43,643 nucleotides of DNA, from the IMG/VR virus record IMGVR_UViG_3300031630_000008. One strand, given 5' to 3'. This document shows, in pieces, positions 8,564 through 19,021 of this stretch (positions are counted from its first letter, which is position 1; every line of letters starts with the position of its first letter). The notes below the pieces were generated by a model. It was not told where the DNA came from, searched no databases, and saw nothing but the letters and a program-made list of their open reading frames with translations. The stretch is from a virus. The position numbers and the translations under genes are program-made.

Positions 8564-10801
8564 ATGGGTAAACTGGTCGAACAAACCCTCCGCACTATGT
8601 ACCAAGGCGTAAGTCGTCAACCAAGTACTGTACGCTTACCCGGTCAGGTAGAGGAAGCTGAGAATGTACTTTTCTCTGTAGTCTCAGGCGGGTTCTCTAA
8701 GAGGCCGGGTACTCAGCACTTAAAAAACACAGTAGTAAATGATAGTGACATCGCACTCTATGGCTACGAAAGAGACGCTGCCGAAAAGTATCTAGTCATG
8801 GTGGGTAACGGAACTATCTACGTCTATGATGTAGCAGGCAATCAGATGGTTGTAACAACCCCTTCAGGTACAACTTACCTAGAGGCTGCTACACCTTCTC
8901 AAGACTTTTCCTTCACTACTATCGCTGACCACACCCTTATAGCTAACAAGCAGGTAACTGTAGCTATGTCAGACGATGGTGTGTTTGATGCAACCACTAT
9001 GCCTCACGTATTGGTGCGCGAGGCTGACGCAACCTTCACCTTTAAACCTTCAACTCTATACACTAAACGTCCTACCATAGATCCAGATTATTATTCCTCA
9101 CCAAACGTGACTTACAGTTTGACGGATAATGCTGGTGGTCGGTTTGCTATCGATGCAGCTACCGGTTTAGTTACTGTTGCTGACCCGGCTTTATTCAATG
9201 CCACTACAAATGTTTCACACCCAATAACAGCTAGCGCGGTTAGTGTTGACGGAACAACCAACAGTCAGACTTTCAACATTTATGTGTACGCTTCATCTGT
9301 AGGAACTATTAGTGATGATGACCCTGACTTAGACTCTCCAGATGTTAATGGTATGGTGTTTGAAGGAGCACAAGTAGGCGATCTAGTAGGCCTTACGGTC
9401 TTTGCTGAAGACAGGGTAAAGAATGCCCAACCTAAAGTGGCAATCTTACCAGCTGATTTAATACCTACGCCTGATTTCGTAGGACATAAAATATCAGACA
9501 TTACTTTCTTCCGTAACCGACTAGGTCTTGTAGCTGACGAGACAGTGTTCTTCTCACAGGCTAGTGACTATACAAACTTCTGGCCTAAGACCGTAGCGCA
9601 AGTTATAGACTCTGATGCTTTTGGTCGAACAGCTTCTAGCTCACAGGTTAACCTAATCCGTTTTGTTGTTCCTTTCCGCAAGGCTTTATTCTGTTCTGCA
9701 GACACCGCTCAGTTTGAACTATCCGCTAATGCAGCCTTAACCCCTTCAGCTACAACTATAGATATCGCAACAATGTACACCGCTGAATCACTATGCAGGC
9801 CTATAGGCTTTAGAGATGAGCTGTACTTTGCTTCGCGTAGTGGTAGTAGCGCCGTTCTATTTGAGTATTACTACAGTGATACCTCGGTAGGTCATACAGC
9901 TAACGATGTCTTAATACATGCCTCTGGTTATGTACCAGCTCCTATCACCCATTTAGTTGGGGATACTGTAACTGGAACCATTCTAGCTTTGAGTGGTGCA
10001 GATCGTTCCTCCATCTATGTCTATAAGACCTTTTGGTCCGGTGATGAAAAGGCCCAATCGGCTTGGTGTAAGTGGACGTTTGGTGAGAATACGGTAATAC
10101 ATAGTGTTACTACTCTAGGTGGCGATCTATTCCTTGTGCTATCCCGTAATGGTGTAGTGGCTATTGAGAAGATGTCACTTAACGGTGACGAGAAACCTGA
10201 GCACTTTAAGTATCCTCTACGTTTGGATTCGTTACAGCACATCACAGGTACTTATGATTCTGTCGCTAATACCACCAGCTATGTTAGTCAGTATCCCATA
10301 ACTGAAAACACGGTAGCTATTGTTGATACAGCGAATGCAGCTAGTAACCTGAAAGGTCGTTTAATTACAACCACAGGTGTTAGCGGTAATACGCTTATAT
10401 CAACTGGGGATCAAACCGGTAACCCTATCTACATAGGTAATAACTACCTCATGTCGGTTGAACTATCCAAACAGTTTATCCGAGAAGGTAATGACGACAC
10501 TACAGTTACGACAGGTAGGCTACAGCTCAAACGTATCTACTTCGATTATAAGGACTCAGCGTTCTTGCAGGTTGAAGTAACACCCCACAAACGTACACCC
10601 CGAACGTTTACGTTTAATGGCTCAACCGTGGGTGGTTTAATCCAAGCCTCTCCTAATCTATTAAGCGGTGTTTTTGATGCCCCTGTTAGATCACAAGGCA
10701 GTACAGCAATTATTAAAATCCTTAACCCAACATATCTGCCATGCACAATTACAAGCGCAAAGTGGAAAGGGTTCTTTAACGAGATGACTCGACAGGAGTA
10801 A
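8564..10801 (+). CDS. Tail tubular protein B, T7 gp12-like, with an inserted cadherin-like segment
   Basis: Supported by size, position after gp11, and the gp12-like segment FFRNRLGLVADETVFFSQASDYTNFWP. The insert lies at about 9098-9420. Confidence 0.8.
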   Translation: MGKLVEQTLRTMYQGVSRQPSTVRLPGQVEEAENVLFSVVSGGFSKRPGTQHLKNTVVNDSDIALYGYERDAAEKYLVMVGNGTIYVYDVAGNQMVVTTPSGTTYLEAATPSQDFSFTTIADHTLIANKQVTVAMSDDGVFDATTMPHVLVREADATFTFKPSTLYTKRPTIDPDYYSSPNVTYSLTDNAGGRFAIDAATGLVTVADPALFNATTNVSHPITASAVSVDGTTNSQTFNIYVYASSVGTISDDDPDLDSPDVNGMVFEGAQVGDLVGLTVFAEDRVKNAQPKVAILPADLIPTPDFVGHKISDITFFRNRLGLVADETVFFSQASDYTNFWPKTVAQVIDSDAFGRTASSSQVNLIRFVVPFRKALFCSADTAQFELSANAALTPSATTIDIATMYTAESLCRPIGFRDELYFASRSGSSAVLFEYYYSDTSVGHTANDVLIHASGYVPAPITHLVGDTVTGTILALSGADRSSIYVYKTFWSGDEKAQSAWCKWTFGENTVIHSVTTLGGDLFLVLSRNGVVAIEKMSLNGDEKPEHFKYPLRLDSLQHITGTYDSVANTTSYVSQYPITENTVAIVDTANAASNLKGRLITTTGVSGNTLISTGDQTGNPIYIGNNYLMSVELSKQFIREGNDDTTVTTGRLQLKRIYFDYKDSAFLQVEVTPHKRTPRTFTFNGSTVGGLIQASPNLLSGVFDAPVRSQGSTAIIKILNPTYLPCTITSAKWKGFFNEMTRQE

Positions 10802-10803
10802 CT

Positions 10804-11358
10804 ATGTGCATCACAGCAATTATAGCCTCGGCAGTAGCAGGCTTAGCCTCAGCCGCTCAACAGGCAAAGATAGCTAGTGAGTCTACGGAACGTGCTTATG
10901 CGGCAGAAGAGAAAAACCTTGATCTTGTTTATCTAGAGAACAACCGTTTACAGCGGGAGTCTCATGAGATTTACGACTCGGAGGTACACGATAGAGTGCG
11001 TCAAGCTAATAGAGAGCTTGGTGCGCTGACTGTACTAATGGGTGAGACAGGTGCTTCTTCTTCTTCCATAGCAGGTCTTTCAATTGACTCAGCTTATACA
11101 ACAGGTATGGATGTATCACGCATCAATACGAGTAGAGGTAACCAAATCGAATCACTGCAGGCTAACAAGCGAGCAGGGAAGATGGGGTACCTAAATCAAA
11201 CAACACTCGCTTATAACCAAGGTGCAGCTGCGGTAGCTAACGCTAACTCAAATGCTATTGGATCTATAACAGGCGGGATGTCTAGCTATGGTAAAGCCAC
11301 TGCTAAGACAAAACAATATAACAATCAGCTTAACGGCTTAAACAACGACTTATCATAG
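10804..11358 (+). CDS. Internal virion protein A, T7 gp14-like
   Basis: N-terminus MCITAIIASAVAGLASAAQQAK resembles T7 gp14 (MCWAAAIPIAISGAQAISGQNAQAK). Size and position also fit. Confidence 0.65.
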   Translation: MCITAIIASAVAGLASAAQQAKIASESTERAYAAEEKNLDLVYLENNRLQRESHEIYDSEVHDRVRQANRELGALTVLMGETGASSSSIAGLSIDSAYTTGMDVSRINTSRGNQIESLQANKRAGKMGYLNQTTLAYNQGAAAVANANSNAIGSITGGMSSYGKATAKTKQYNNQLNGLNNDLS

Positions 11359-11368
11359 GAGGCGGTAG

Positions 11369-14300
11369 ATGCCTGAATTATCAAACACTGGTTCTGGTGC
11401 TCGCACGACTCGTTCTGGACGCAGTAACAACCAGCTTCAAACACGAGCAGGGGCTACAGCCAAAGTACAAATCAAGGGACGTGCTCTTGCAACAGAGAAT
11501 AGCCAATCAATCATGAGTGGTGGATTAGCCCAAGCTAGTGCCGTGGGTAATCTTGGAGCATCCATCAGTAGCTTCTTTGGCGCTGTTGAGCAGATTGATT
11601 CTGATCTAACACAAGTGGAACGGGCTGAAGAGCTTCGCGTAGCTAGTGAGGCTAGGAACGAGCGTGACAAGTTAAAAGAAGCTAGTCATATAAACATAAT
11701 TAACAATTCATCCAACAGTCTATTTACAGGAGCTAAGACCTCGGTCATTGATACTCATAATGTGATGGATGGTTCTAGCTTAGCCTCTGGGCTTGATGAA
11801 TATTATGATGTCAATAACGAGGACACAGGTGATGATTTATTAGAGCAGCGTAAAAAGAACGCTTATGATAATAAGGTTATGCCTCACCTAACTCTGGCGG
11901 CTGAAGGTCGCGCTAAGGAGATAAGGGTACAAGCCCTCCAAGACGTAACCTCTTCTATAATGTCCCGAACAACTCCTATGACTACGGCGTCCTTTGCGAA
12001 CGACTTCGATATGCTTAGTGCTATAGCTCCTGAAAAATCAGATTCTGTACTGTCAGCTAGTTTACTATCGACCTACATAGAAGCAGCTAAGAAGAATGGC
12101 AAGATGCCTCAGCTTTCAAAGTTTGTTTCTGAAGCAGCTGTCATTAAGAAGGGTGAAGAGTTCCAGACGTTTGCTGAACGTTTCCCTATTAAGTCCGCAG
12201 AAATGTTGGCACGGGGTTGGTCTGAACACCAAGCAAATCAAACCCAAGAGTCTAATGAAGCAGCTAATGATTTACGCACCGCAATAGGCTCTCTAGAGCT
12301 AAACGCGTATAGTGATGAAGACCTCGCTGCAGCCACGTTACAAGCTCAGCAGTTTACCAATCTATACGGTGACCGTTCTAACTTCAATAGCATACTGGCT
12401 GTCCTTGATGAGAAGGCAGTACAGTTAGGTAAGCAACAAGCAGAACTAACACGGTGGGGTCTTTTACACCTAGGTAAGCCTAGTAATATGAAGATGGAAG
12501 ATTACAATCAGAATCAACTATCTAAGTTTCTGTTGGACCCTACTACTAACTTCCTAGACGCTGACTTAGATGATGCTACTTTCTCAACGGTGTCTTCCAC
12601 CTTAGCTATGGCAATTAATAATCACGAAGGGATGATGGGTTCTGTATCTAAGAAGGTTAAGTCTTCTATCTCTGGCATGGTTGCTTCTAAAGACAAGCAC
12701 ACTCAGCTGCGAGGCTTTCAAATATTACAGAAGCTCAATAAGTTAGACCCGGAAATGTCAGCACGTATGCTATCCGGCAACCCAATTGCGGGTGCTATAT
12801 ATGATGGCCTAGCTAATGACAACGGAGCGGCTAATCTTCAGTTAGGTATAGATGTTGAGAATGAGGTTTTATTTAACGCACTGACTGATAAGGATACCTT
12901 AGAACGTCATAGGGCTGAGCTGATTGCGGACGTTGATGTGGAATCTTTAGATCAGGTTTTCTCATCTATGAATTCTGATAGCTTCTTCTGGGACAACGGT
13001 AACATGGAGAAAGTAGCTGACTTCTTAGGACAAAGTGATGACGATATTTTCGTTGTTCCCGGCGGTCCTGTGGAGAAAGCTTGGATGAACCAGTTCCTTG
13101 CTCTACGCATAGCTTCTGAACACAGCGGTATTACCTTAGATAGTGGCGACCTTGCAGATAAAACTTGGGACTTAATACGTCCTACCTTAACTGCTGAAAG
13201 GGTGAGCGAGAATAGCTATCGTGTATCCATAGGTAATAAAGTTAAACCAGTAAATCACCTATCTTCCGTACAAGCGGATGGGTCGTTGCATAACCAGTTG
13301 GCTGATGGCACAAGTATCGTTAACCCCTACCAACCTAACGAAACAGTTAACACTAGTGCGAACATGGATAATTCCGTTCAAACTATCTCTAGCTGGAGCA
13401 TTTTTGGTGATGGTGAGGTTGGTTACCGGGCTATTGATGATGGTAGTGGTAAGTCACTTGTTACACATACGAATGCTTTAAACATACCTGAAGATATTCA
13501 GTTTGGTGTAGGAGCTTCATATGACTTAACTGGTGATTGGGTGTTGGGTGAATACCTTATACCTGAACGAAAGCCTGTTCATTTGGAACTTACAGGTGAC
13601 GTAGCGTTAGACCAGTTATCTCTACAAGCTATCCAAGGTGATCTTCCGGAATCTATGCAGCTAATCCCACAGTATCCAGCAGGAACATCAGCTGCTGAAC
13701 GTAAGGATGGCACAGTAAAAGCTGAACGTTACAAGATCAGTGTTTATCCACACTTAACTAAGGAACAAATCCCTGCTACGTTCCACACACCTGAAGTTAT
13801 GGAAGAGCTTAGTAAAGGCGGTCATGTTAATCCTCAAGAGGAGCGACCTCCAGAACTACAAGGTTTTGACAAGCGTCCTAATAAAGACCACAAGTGGCAA
13901 GAAGATCAAACCATAACTAAAGATCGCCTACCCTTCACTAACCTCCAGTCTCAAAGCGACTCAGATCACAATACGATTATGAAAGCTGCCGTAATGGATG
14001 AGTTAAAGAATGAAGGTGCTGTTAGTCCTACCGTAGGCTTAACGTCAGAAGCGTTTTCTTCTATGGCTGGGTCTGCTGAAGACTTTAGTTGGTTTATTCA
14101 AGAAGCATTCACAAAGGTAAAGGAGCATATGGGTACTGATTCAGATCCTACTTATCAAGCCAAACGGTTTGAGATGATTGGCGAGCGTGAAGCTTGGAGA
14201 TCGGGAGCTTACTGGGATGGTGTTGAGAAAGCTAATGGCGGTAAAGGCTACCGTACTGTTGGTTTTGGATTCAATCTAGATTCAGTAGGTCATAAAGATC

Positions 14301-14767
14301 TATTTAAGGAAACCCTGAAAGTCGGGGATGATTACTATAAGTCCGTTTACGAAGGTACTGCAGATATTACTGAGGCTCAAGGCCGTAAGTTATTTGACGC
14401 TGCTGTAGGCGAGGCCGAATCAATAATCGACAATCGACTTAAAGGCGTTGATCTAAACCATCAACAACGGTTAGCACTTGTTTCTATGGCGTACAACTCG
14501 CCTAAACTAATCGGTAAAAACTTAGTTGGTCAACTTAAGTCTGGAGACTTGGAAGGTGCTGTGCAGGAGATCCTGTACAAATCTAACGGTTCCCGGATGC
14601 TTGGCCTTTACAACCGCCGCTATGAGGAAGCCCTAACATTTGTTGGAGCTAACAGAGCGAACGGTATTCCTTCCTACCTGTCCTATATGGCTGATGTTTT
14701 ACCTGCAAAGTACGGCATAAAGCTAGCTGATCAGGAATTGTCGGATGTAGTTAAAGGTACTAGCTAA
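11369..14767 (+). CDS. Internal virion protein (gp15 position) with a C-terminal GH24 lysozyme-like domain
   Basis: 1132 aa. About 14150-14650 encodes GEREAWRSGAYWDG...GYRTVGFGFNLD...ITEAQGRKLF...HQQRLALVSMAYNSP, a T4/lambda-type lysozyme pattern (E-x8-D...T.G.G). Confidence 0.7.
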   Translation: MPELSNTGSGARTTRSGRSNNQLQTRAGATAKVQIKGRALATENSQSIMSGGLAQASAVGNLGASISSFFGAVEQIDSDLTQVERAEELRVASEARNERDKLKEASHINIINNSSNSLFTGAKTSVIDTHNVMDGSSLASGLDEYYDVNNEDTGDDLLEQRKKNAYDNKVMPHLTLAAEGRAKEIRVQALQDVTSSIMSRTTPMTTASFANDFDMLSAIAPEKSDSVLSASLLSTYIEAAKKNGKMPQLSKFVSEAAVIKKGEEFQTFAERFPIKSAEMLARGWSEHQANQTQESNEAANDLRTAIGSLELNAYSDEDLAAATLQAQQFTNLYGDRSNFNSILAVLDEKAVQLGKQQAELTRWGLLHLGKPSNMKMEDYNQNQLSKFLLDPTTNFLDADLDDATFSTVSSTLAMAINNHEGMMGSVSKKVKSSISGMVASKDKHTQLRGFQILQKLNKLDPEMSARMLSGNPIAGAIYDGLANDNGAANLQLGIDVENEVLFNALTDKDTLERHRAELIADVDVESLDQVFSSMNSDSFFWDNGNMEKVADFLGQSDDDIFVVPGGPVEKAWMNQFLALRIASEHSGITLDSGDLADKTWDLIRPTLTAERVSENSYRVSIGNKVKPVNHLSSVQADGSLHNQLADGTSIVNPYQPNETVNTSANMDNSVQTISSWSIFGDGEVGYRAIDDGSGKSLVTHTNALNIPEDIQFGVGASYDLTGDWVLGEYLIPERKPVHLELTGDVALDQLSLQAIQGDLPESMQLIPQYPAGTSAAERKDGTVKAERYKISVYPHLTKEQIPATFHTPEVMEELSKGGHVNPQEERPPELQGFDKRPNKDHKWQEDQTITKDRLPFTNLQSQSDSDHNTIMKAAVMDELKNEGAVSPTVGLTSEAFSSMAGSAEDFSWFIQEAFTKVKEHMGTDSDPTYQAKRFEMIGEREAWRSGAYWDGVEKANGGKGYRTVGFGFNLDSVGHKDLFKETLKVGDDYYKSVYEGTADITEAQGRKLFDAAVGEAESIIDNRLKGVDLNHQQRLALVSMAYNSPKLIGKNLVGQLKSGDLEGAVQEILYKSNGSRMLGLYNRRYEEALTFVGANRANGIPSYLSYMADVLPAKYGIKLADQELSDVVKGTS

Positions 14768-14779
14768 CAAAGGTGATAC

Positions 14780-17700
14780 ATGGACTTAATTCGTTCATCA
14801 ACAACGCCGGCAGAGGACGCATTCAACCGCGTCCAGACTGTCGATTTAAACACAGCCGTAGGGCCACAAAGTAACGTACAGGCTATAGGTGACGAACAGC
14901 CCGGTACATTAGAAACAGCAAAGTCCTTCTATCAAAATGAAACCCTAGTGGGTACAGCTGTAATGGCTATGGGAGAGTGGGGTCATGGACCTCGTGATCC
15001 TTCATTCAACGTATACCGCCACTTCAATGATAACAAGGAATCGTTAAAGGACATGGAAGTTTATGTCCGACAAGGCATGTTCGATTCTGTAGACAACAAG
15101 GAGCACTTCGATAAGAGATCCGCGCGTCTTCGTCAGGAGCTTACTAACCGTGACAACATGATGAACGGCACCTTTGCCGGTAACATGCTGGGTATGGGCT
15201 TATCCCTGTTAGATGTAATGACCTTGGTTCCCGTTCTGGGGCAGGTCAAAAAGGGTAAATCCTTAAAGACCGCACTAAACTACGCTGGTAAATCTGCCGG
15301 GATAGTTGGTGCTCAAGAAGTCGCTATGCATCAAATGCAGGACTTCCGGACAATGAACGAGTCCCTGTTCAATATGACAGCTGCTGCTACGCTAATGTCT
15401 GCGGTAGGTGGATACAAAGGGTTCAAGGCTGGCGGTGGTACAACTATTACCCAAGCTATTGGTAAGGCAAACGATGGACTAGCTAAAGGTGTTGAATCAG
15501 CAGCTACGTCTGTTAATAAAGCATTGCCTAAGTCAGTAGAACAGTACGAGGCCTCAGTTAAGTCTGTTGACTCAGTAGGTGCAGCTAAGGTTGCTGATAC
15601 ATCTGAATCTGTAATGGCAGGTACTAGAGGTAAAGTAGCTAACGCACTTGATAAGGCTACTACTTGGGTTGATAAAGTCACCCCTGTAGGACGTTCGTAC
15701 GCATGGTCTGTTGAGGCCGCTCGTGATGTGACCCAACGTCTTATGGACACAGGTGGTCGTATTAACAAAGGGCATGCCGCTGGTGAAGTGACGCTTAATG
15801 CTGAGTCTATGAAGAATGCTTTAAAGACTGAGTATGATTCACTTCTTCTCCGGAATGAGAACCTAGTAGTGGAACTGAACGTTAAGTTAGCTGGAGTAAG
15901 CCGGGTAGCTCAGCAGTTGAAGAATGATGGTACTCGTGCAGTTAACTTCTTGCAGAGTTCAACCGGTCAGGCTGAGACATTCCAAATGGGTTTGTTAAAG
16001 ACTCAAGATTTTAATGACTACGTTGTACGAACCTTACATGACTACGCTGATGGAGACTATCTCGCTAAGCTGGAAGGCACTTGGGGTAAGGACAAAGCTA
16101 AGATGATCGATGACGCCGCTAAGCAAATGGCTAATGAGATCAATGTAGCTAACCGTCACTTAGAAGACCAAATGGTTGAGCACGGTTTAATTACCGAGCG
16201 TCAGCGCATGGGTGATGACTACAAGATGGCTCAGTTGTGGAACAGTAAAGTTATCGGTGAGGACACTCATGTAGCTCGTGACTTCTTCTTAAAGACTCTA
16301 CAAAGCGAACCTGCTGAAGAGTTCATTGAAGACTTCGGTATGAATCTGGATCAGTACGCTAAGCTAGGTGTTGAAGACATCTCTATTAAGGTCGGTGATG
16401 AAGAGAAGCTCATTACTAAAGCTGAAGGTCAGCAAATTAAACGTGAGATCCTAGAGGATTGGGCGGGGGATAACTTCGAGAAAGCTCTTCAAGAAGTTGA
16501 ACAGGCTGCTCTTCAAGCCCTACAAGCTGAGAAGACTGCTCGTAAGTCTATGGTCGAGGCTGCTGCTGTTATAAGGCAGAACACGACTAATATTAAGAAC
16601 CTCTCCGTCAAGGCGGCTAAGGATGTTGTCCGTACAACTCAGGAACACATTGAGTTAACTAAGGCATCACGAAGCAAAGCTCAGGCTGAGATAGCTGAAG
16701 CACAGGCAGAACTTAAAGGTAAACTCCATAAGGAGTATGCCCAACAGATCGCTCACGTAGAGGCCGGTCCTACAGCTCGTGCTCTAACAACCGCTAACCA
16801 GAATCTTCGTAAGTTGATGAAAGTTAAAGGCGCTCTTGAGCAAGACCCTAAAGCAATTAAGCAAGCACAGGAAGAACTTGTGCAAGCTGAGATCTCTCAT
16901 ACCGTAGCTATCGATGATGCGTGGCGTACACTTAAAGTGAACACACCTGAGATGGCTAAGTACAAAGAGAAGGCCTTAGAGGCTAGACGTAAGATGCGTA
17001 AGGCTGAGAGTAAGATTGAAGCTAAGCAGAAGCGTGTAGCTGAGCTAGAAGAGGCGGTTGGTAAAACAGAAGCGGCTATTAAGCATACTCGGAGCTTGAA
17101 CAAGGAAACTCGTCAAGCCTACAAAGAGATGAAGAACGCGTGGATGAAGACGGCGAAAGGCGCTAAGAAAGCTGGTCGTATTAATCGCCGAGCTGGTAGT
17201 GCTAAGAACATGGTGGAAACGGTAGACGAGCTGGTGGGTAACCTTCAGCATAGTCAGAAGTCTCCTCAAGGTGTTCTTCACGAAGCGATGTTCCAAGGTG
17301 GGCGTAGTAAGAGCCGTAAGATTCATCTCACTCCAGAGCAAACTCGTGAGGCCCATGACTTAGGCATACTTAAGAAAGACTTGTTCTTTGTGTTGGATAA
17401 ACAGTGGGACGAAGTGACGGCTAGATTAGCCTTGCGTAAGACATTCGGCGACAACGTTAAGTTGGACCTTAGTGATCTGAAAGAAGACATAGCGCGTAAG
17501 TACGATGAGGAAATCAGTTACCAGCGTGGACGGAATAAGAAGTCCTCTCACCTAGCTGCTGAAAAGGTTAATGTATTAAAGGATGTTGATGGACTATTAG
17601 ACCGTCTGTACGGACGTGCTGGTATGCCTGACGACCCTGATAGTGCTTTGTTCTGGGCTACCGGTAAAGCTCGTGAGTATAACTTTGCACGTTTTGGTGT

Positions 17701-18961
17701 TGAGTTTATAGTCACATCTATGACTGACCCGGCTAACATGATTCTGACGAATGGCTTTGGTGTCTACAGTAAGAAGTACTTTGATGCATCAGCTAGTATC
17801 CTGAAGGATGCTCCTGACGATGTTATACATAAGATAGCTGTAGCATCTGAGCGTTTACTACATAATGCTCGTCATCTGAAGTTGTCTGGTTCTGATACCT
17901 TTAACCAAGGTCTTGGTATAGGCGCTACAGGATCTACAAAGCAAAAGGTTACTGCTAACGTTGACCGCCTAACAGGTGGTATGAACGAGAAGGTTAACGT
18001 CATATCTGGTCTTAGTGCTTGGAACACAAAGCAAAAAGCCATGACGATGATCTTTCAGCAAGACAAACTTGTGGACATTGTTAAGAACCCTAGTCAGCTA
18101 ACTGATCTTTATCGTGCTCGTCTCGCTACTATCGGCATAGGCCCTGACCAATTAAGTTTGTGGAACAAGATGGCTAAGGAGTTTGGCACGTCCTCGGATA
18201 GAGGCGTTAAAAGCTTTGACGCTCAGAACTGGCAGACCCGTAATGAGCTTCCTTATAACGAATCTCGTCAGGCCTTTGAAGATGGTAAGAAGCTGCTTAA
18301 AGATGGTCAGATCGAAGGTGATGATTTAGATGTTCTTAAAGCTACCATGGATGCTGAGTATGCAAAGTACGCCGAAGGCCGTGAGGCTTATACTTCGTTT
18401 GTATCCTCTATGAGACAAGCAGCTGACCGGGGAATCATGACTCCAGGAATAGGGGATACTCCTCTACTAATGGATGGCGCTTCCGCTAAGATGCTGATGC
18501 AGTTCCAGACGTTTGGTTTTGTAATCATGAACAAGATGATAGCTCCTGCCGCTCAGCGTATGCATCATTACCGTGACGTTGAGGCTGTCGCCTCGATGGG
18601 TATGGCGTTAGCTCTAGGTGGTATGGTTACTATCTCTAAGGATCTAATCCGTGGTGGTGAAATCAAAGAGCGTTCAGCTGGCGAATGGACACGCGATGTA
18701 CTTGACCGTTCTGGTCTACTTACATGGTTGTCTCCTTACATTGCCGCCATAGAGAAGACCACCGGCTTAGGCGCGGGTGGTTCACGTTTCCAAGCAAACA
18801 ATACTATAGGTCAATTACTAGGTCCTACCATGGGTCTAGCTAGCGATACTATCGATGGTTTAAACGCACTATCTGATCCTAATCAAGAGGCAAGCGACAA
18901 GCTAAAACAGCTTGCTCCTTATCAGGCTCTCTTTAAGTTATCCAACTTAACCTCCGATTAG
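14780..18961 (+). CDS. Internal virion (ejection/core) protein, T7 gp16 position
   Basis: 1393-aa ORF with a long coiled-coil-like central region. It is the last large gene before the fibre genes, and its size is comparable to gp16. Confidence 0.6.
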   Translation: MDLIRSSTTPAEDAFNRVQTVDLNTAVGPQSNVQAIGDEQPGTLETAKSFYQNETLVGTAVMAMGEWGHGPRDPSFNVYRHFNDNKESLKDMEVYVRQGMFDSVDNKEHFDKRSARLRQELTNRDNMMNGTFAGNMLGMGLSLLDVMTLVPVLGQVKKGKSLKTALNYAGKSAGIVGAQEVAMHQMQDFRTMNESLFNMTAAATLMSAVGGYKGFKAGGGTTITQAIGKANDGLAKGVESAATSVNKALPKSVEQYEASVKSVDSVGAAKVADTSESVMAGTRGKVANALDKATTWVDKVTPVGRSYAWSVEAARDVTQRLMDTGGRINKGHAAGEVTLNAESMKNALKTEYDSLLLRNENLVVELNVKLAGVSRVAQQLKNDGTRAVNFLQSSTGQAETFQMGLLKTQDFNDYVVRTLHDYADGDYLAKLEGTWGKDKAKMIDDAAKQMANEINVANRHLEDQMVEHGLITERQRMGDDYKMAQLWNSKVIGEDTHVARDFFLKTLQSEPAEEFIEDFGMNLDQYAKLGVEDISIKVGDEEKLITKAEGQQIKREILEDWAGDNFEKALQEVEQAALQALQAEKTARKSMVEAAAVIRQNTTNIKNLSVKAAKDVVRTTQEHIELTKASRSKAQAEIAEAQAELKGKLHKEYAQQIAHVEAGPTARALTTANQNLRKLMKVKGALEQDPKAIKQAQEELVQAEISHTVAIDDAWRTLKVNTPEMAKYKEKALEARRKMRKAESKIEAKQKRVAELEEAVGKTEAAIKHTRSLNKETRQAYKEMKNAWMKTAKGAKKAGRINRRAGSAKNMVETVDELVGNLQHSQKSPQGVLHEAMFQGGRSKSRKIHLTPEQTREAHDLGILKKDLFFVLDKQWDEVTARLALRKTFGDNVKLDLSDLKEDIARKYDEEISYQRGRNKKSSHLAAEKVNVLKDVDGLLDRLYGRAGMPDDPDSALFWATGKAREYNFARFGVEFIVTSMTDPANMILTNGFGVYSKKYFDASASILKDAPDDVIHKIAVASERLLHNARHLKLSGSDTFNQGLGIGATGSTKQKVTANVDRLTGGMNEKVNVISGLSAWNTKQKAMTMIFQQDKLVDIVKNPSQLTDLYRARLATIGIGPDQLSLWNKMAKEFGTSSDRGVKSFDAQNWQTRNELPYNESRQAFEDGKKLLKDGQIEGDDLDVLKATMDAEYAKYAEGREAYTSFVSSMRQAADRGIMTPGIGDTPLLMDGASAKMLMQFQTFGFVIMNKMIAPAAQRMHHYRDVEAVASMGMALALGGMVTISKDLIRGGEIKERSAGEWTRDVLDRSGLLTWLSPYIAAIEKTTGLGAGGSRFQANNTIGQLLGPTMGLASDTIDGLNALSDPNQEASDKLKQLAPYQALFKLSNLTSD

Positions 18962-18973
18962 TAAAACCCTTAA

Positions 18974-18998
18974 GCCCCTCAGTCGAGGGGTTTCTTTT
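18974..18998 (+). terminator. Rho-independent terminator-like hairpin
   Basis: CCCCTC AGTC GAGGGG followed by TTTCTTTT. Confidence 0.6.
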
Positions 18999-19021
18999 AT
19001 CTATAATTCATAGGAGTCCTT

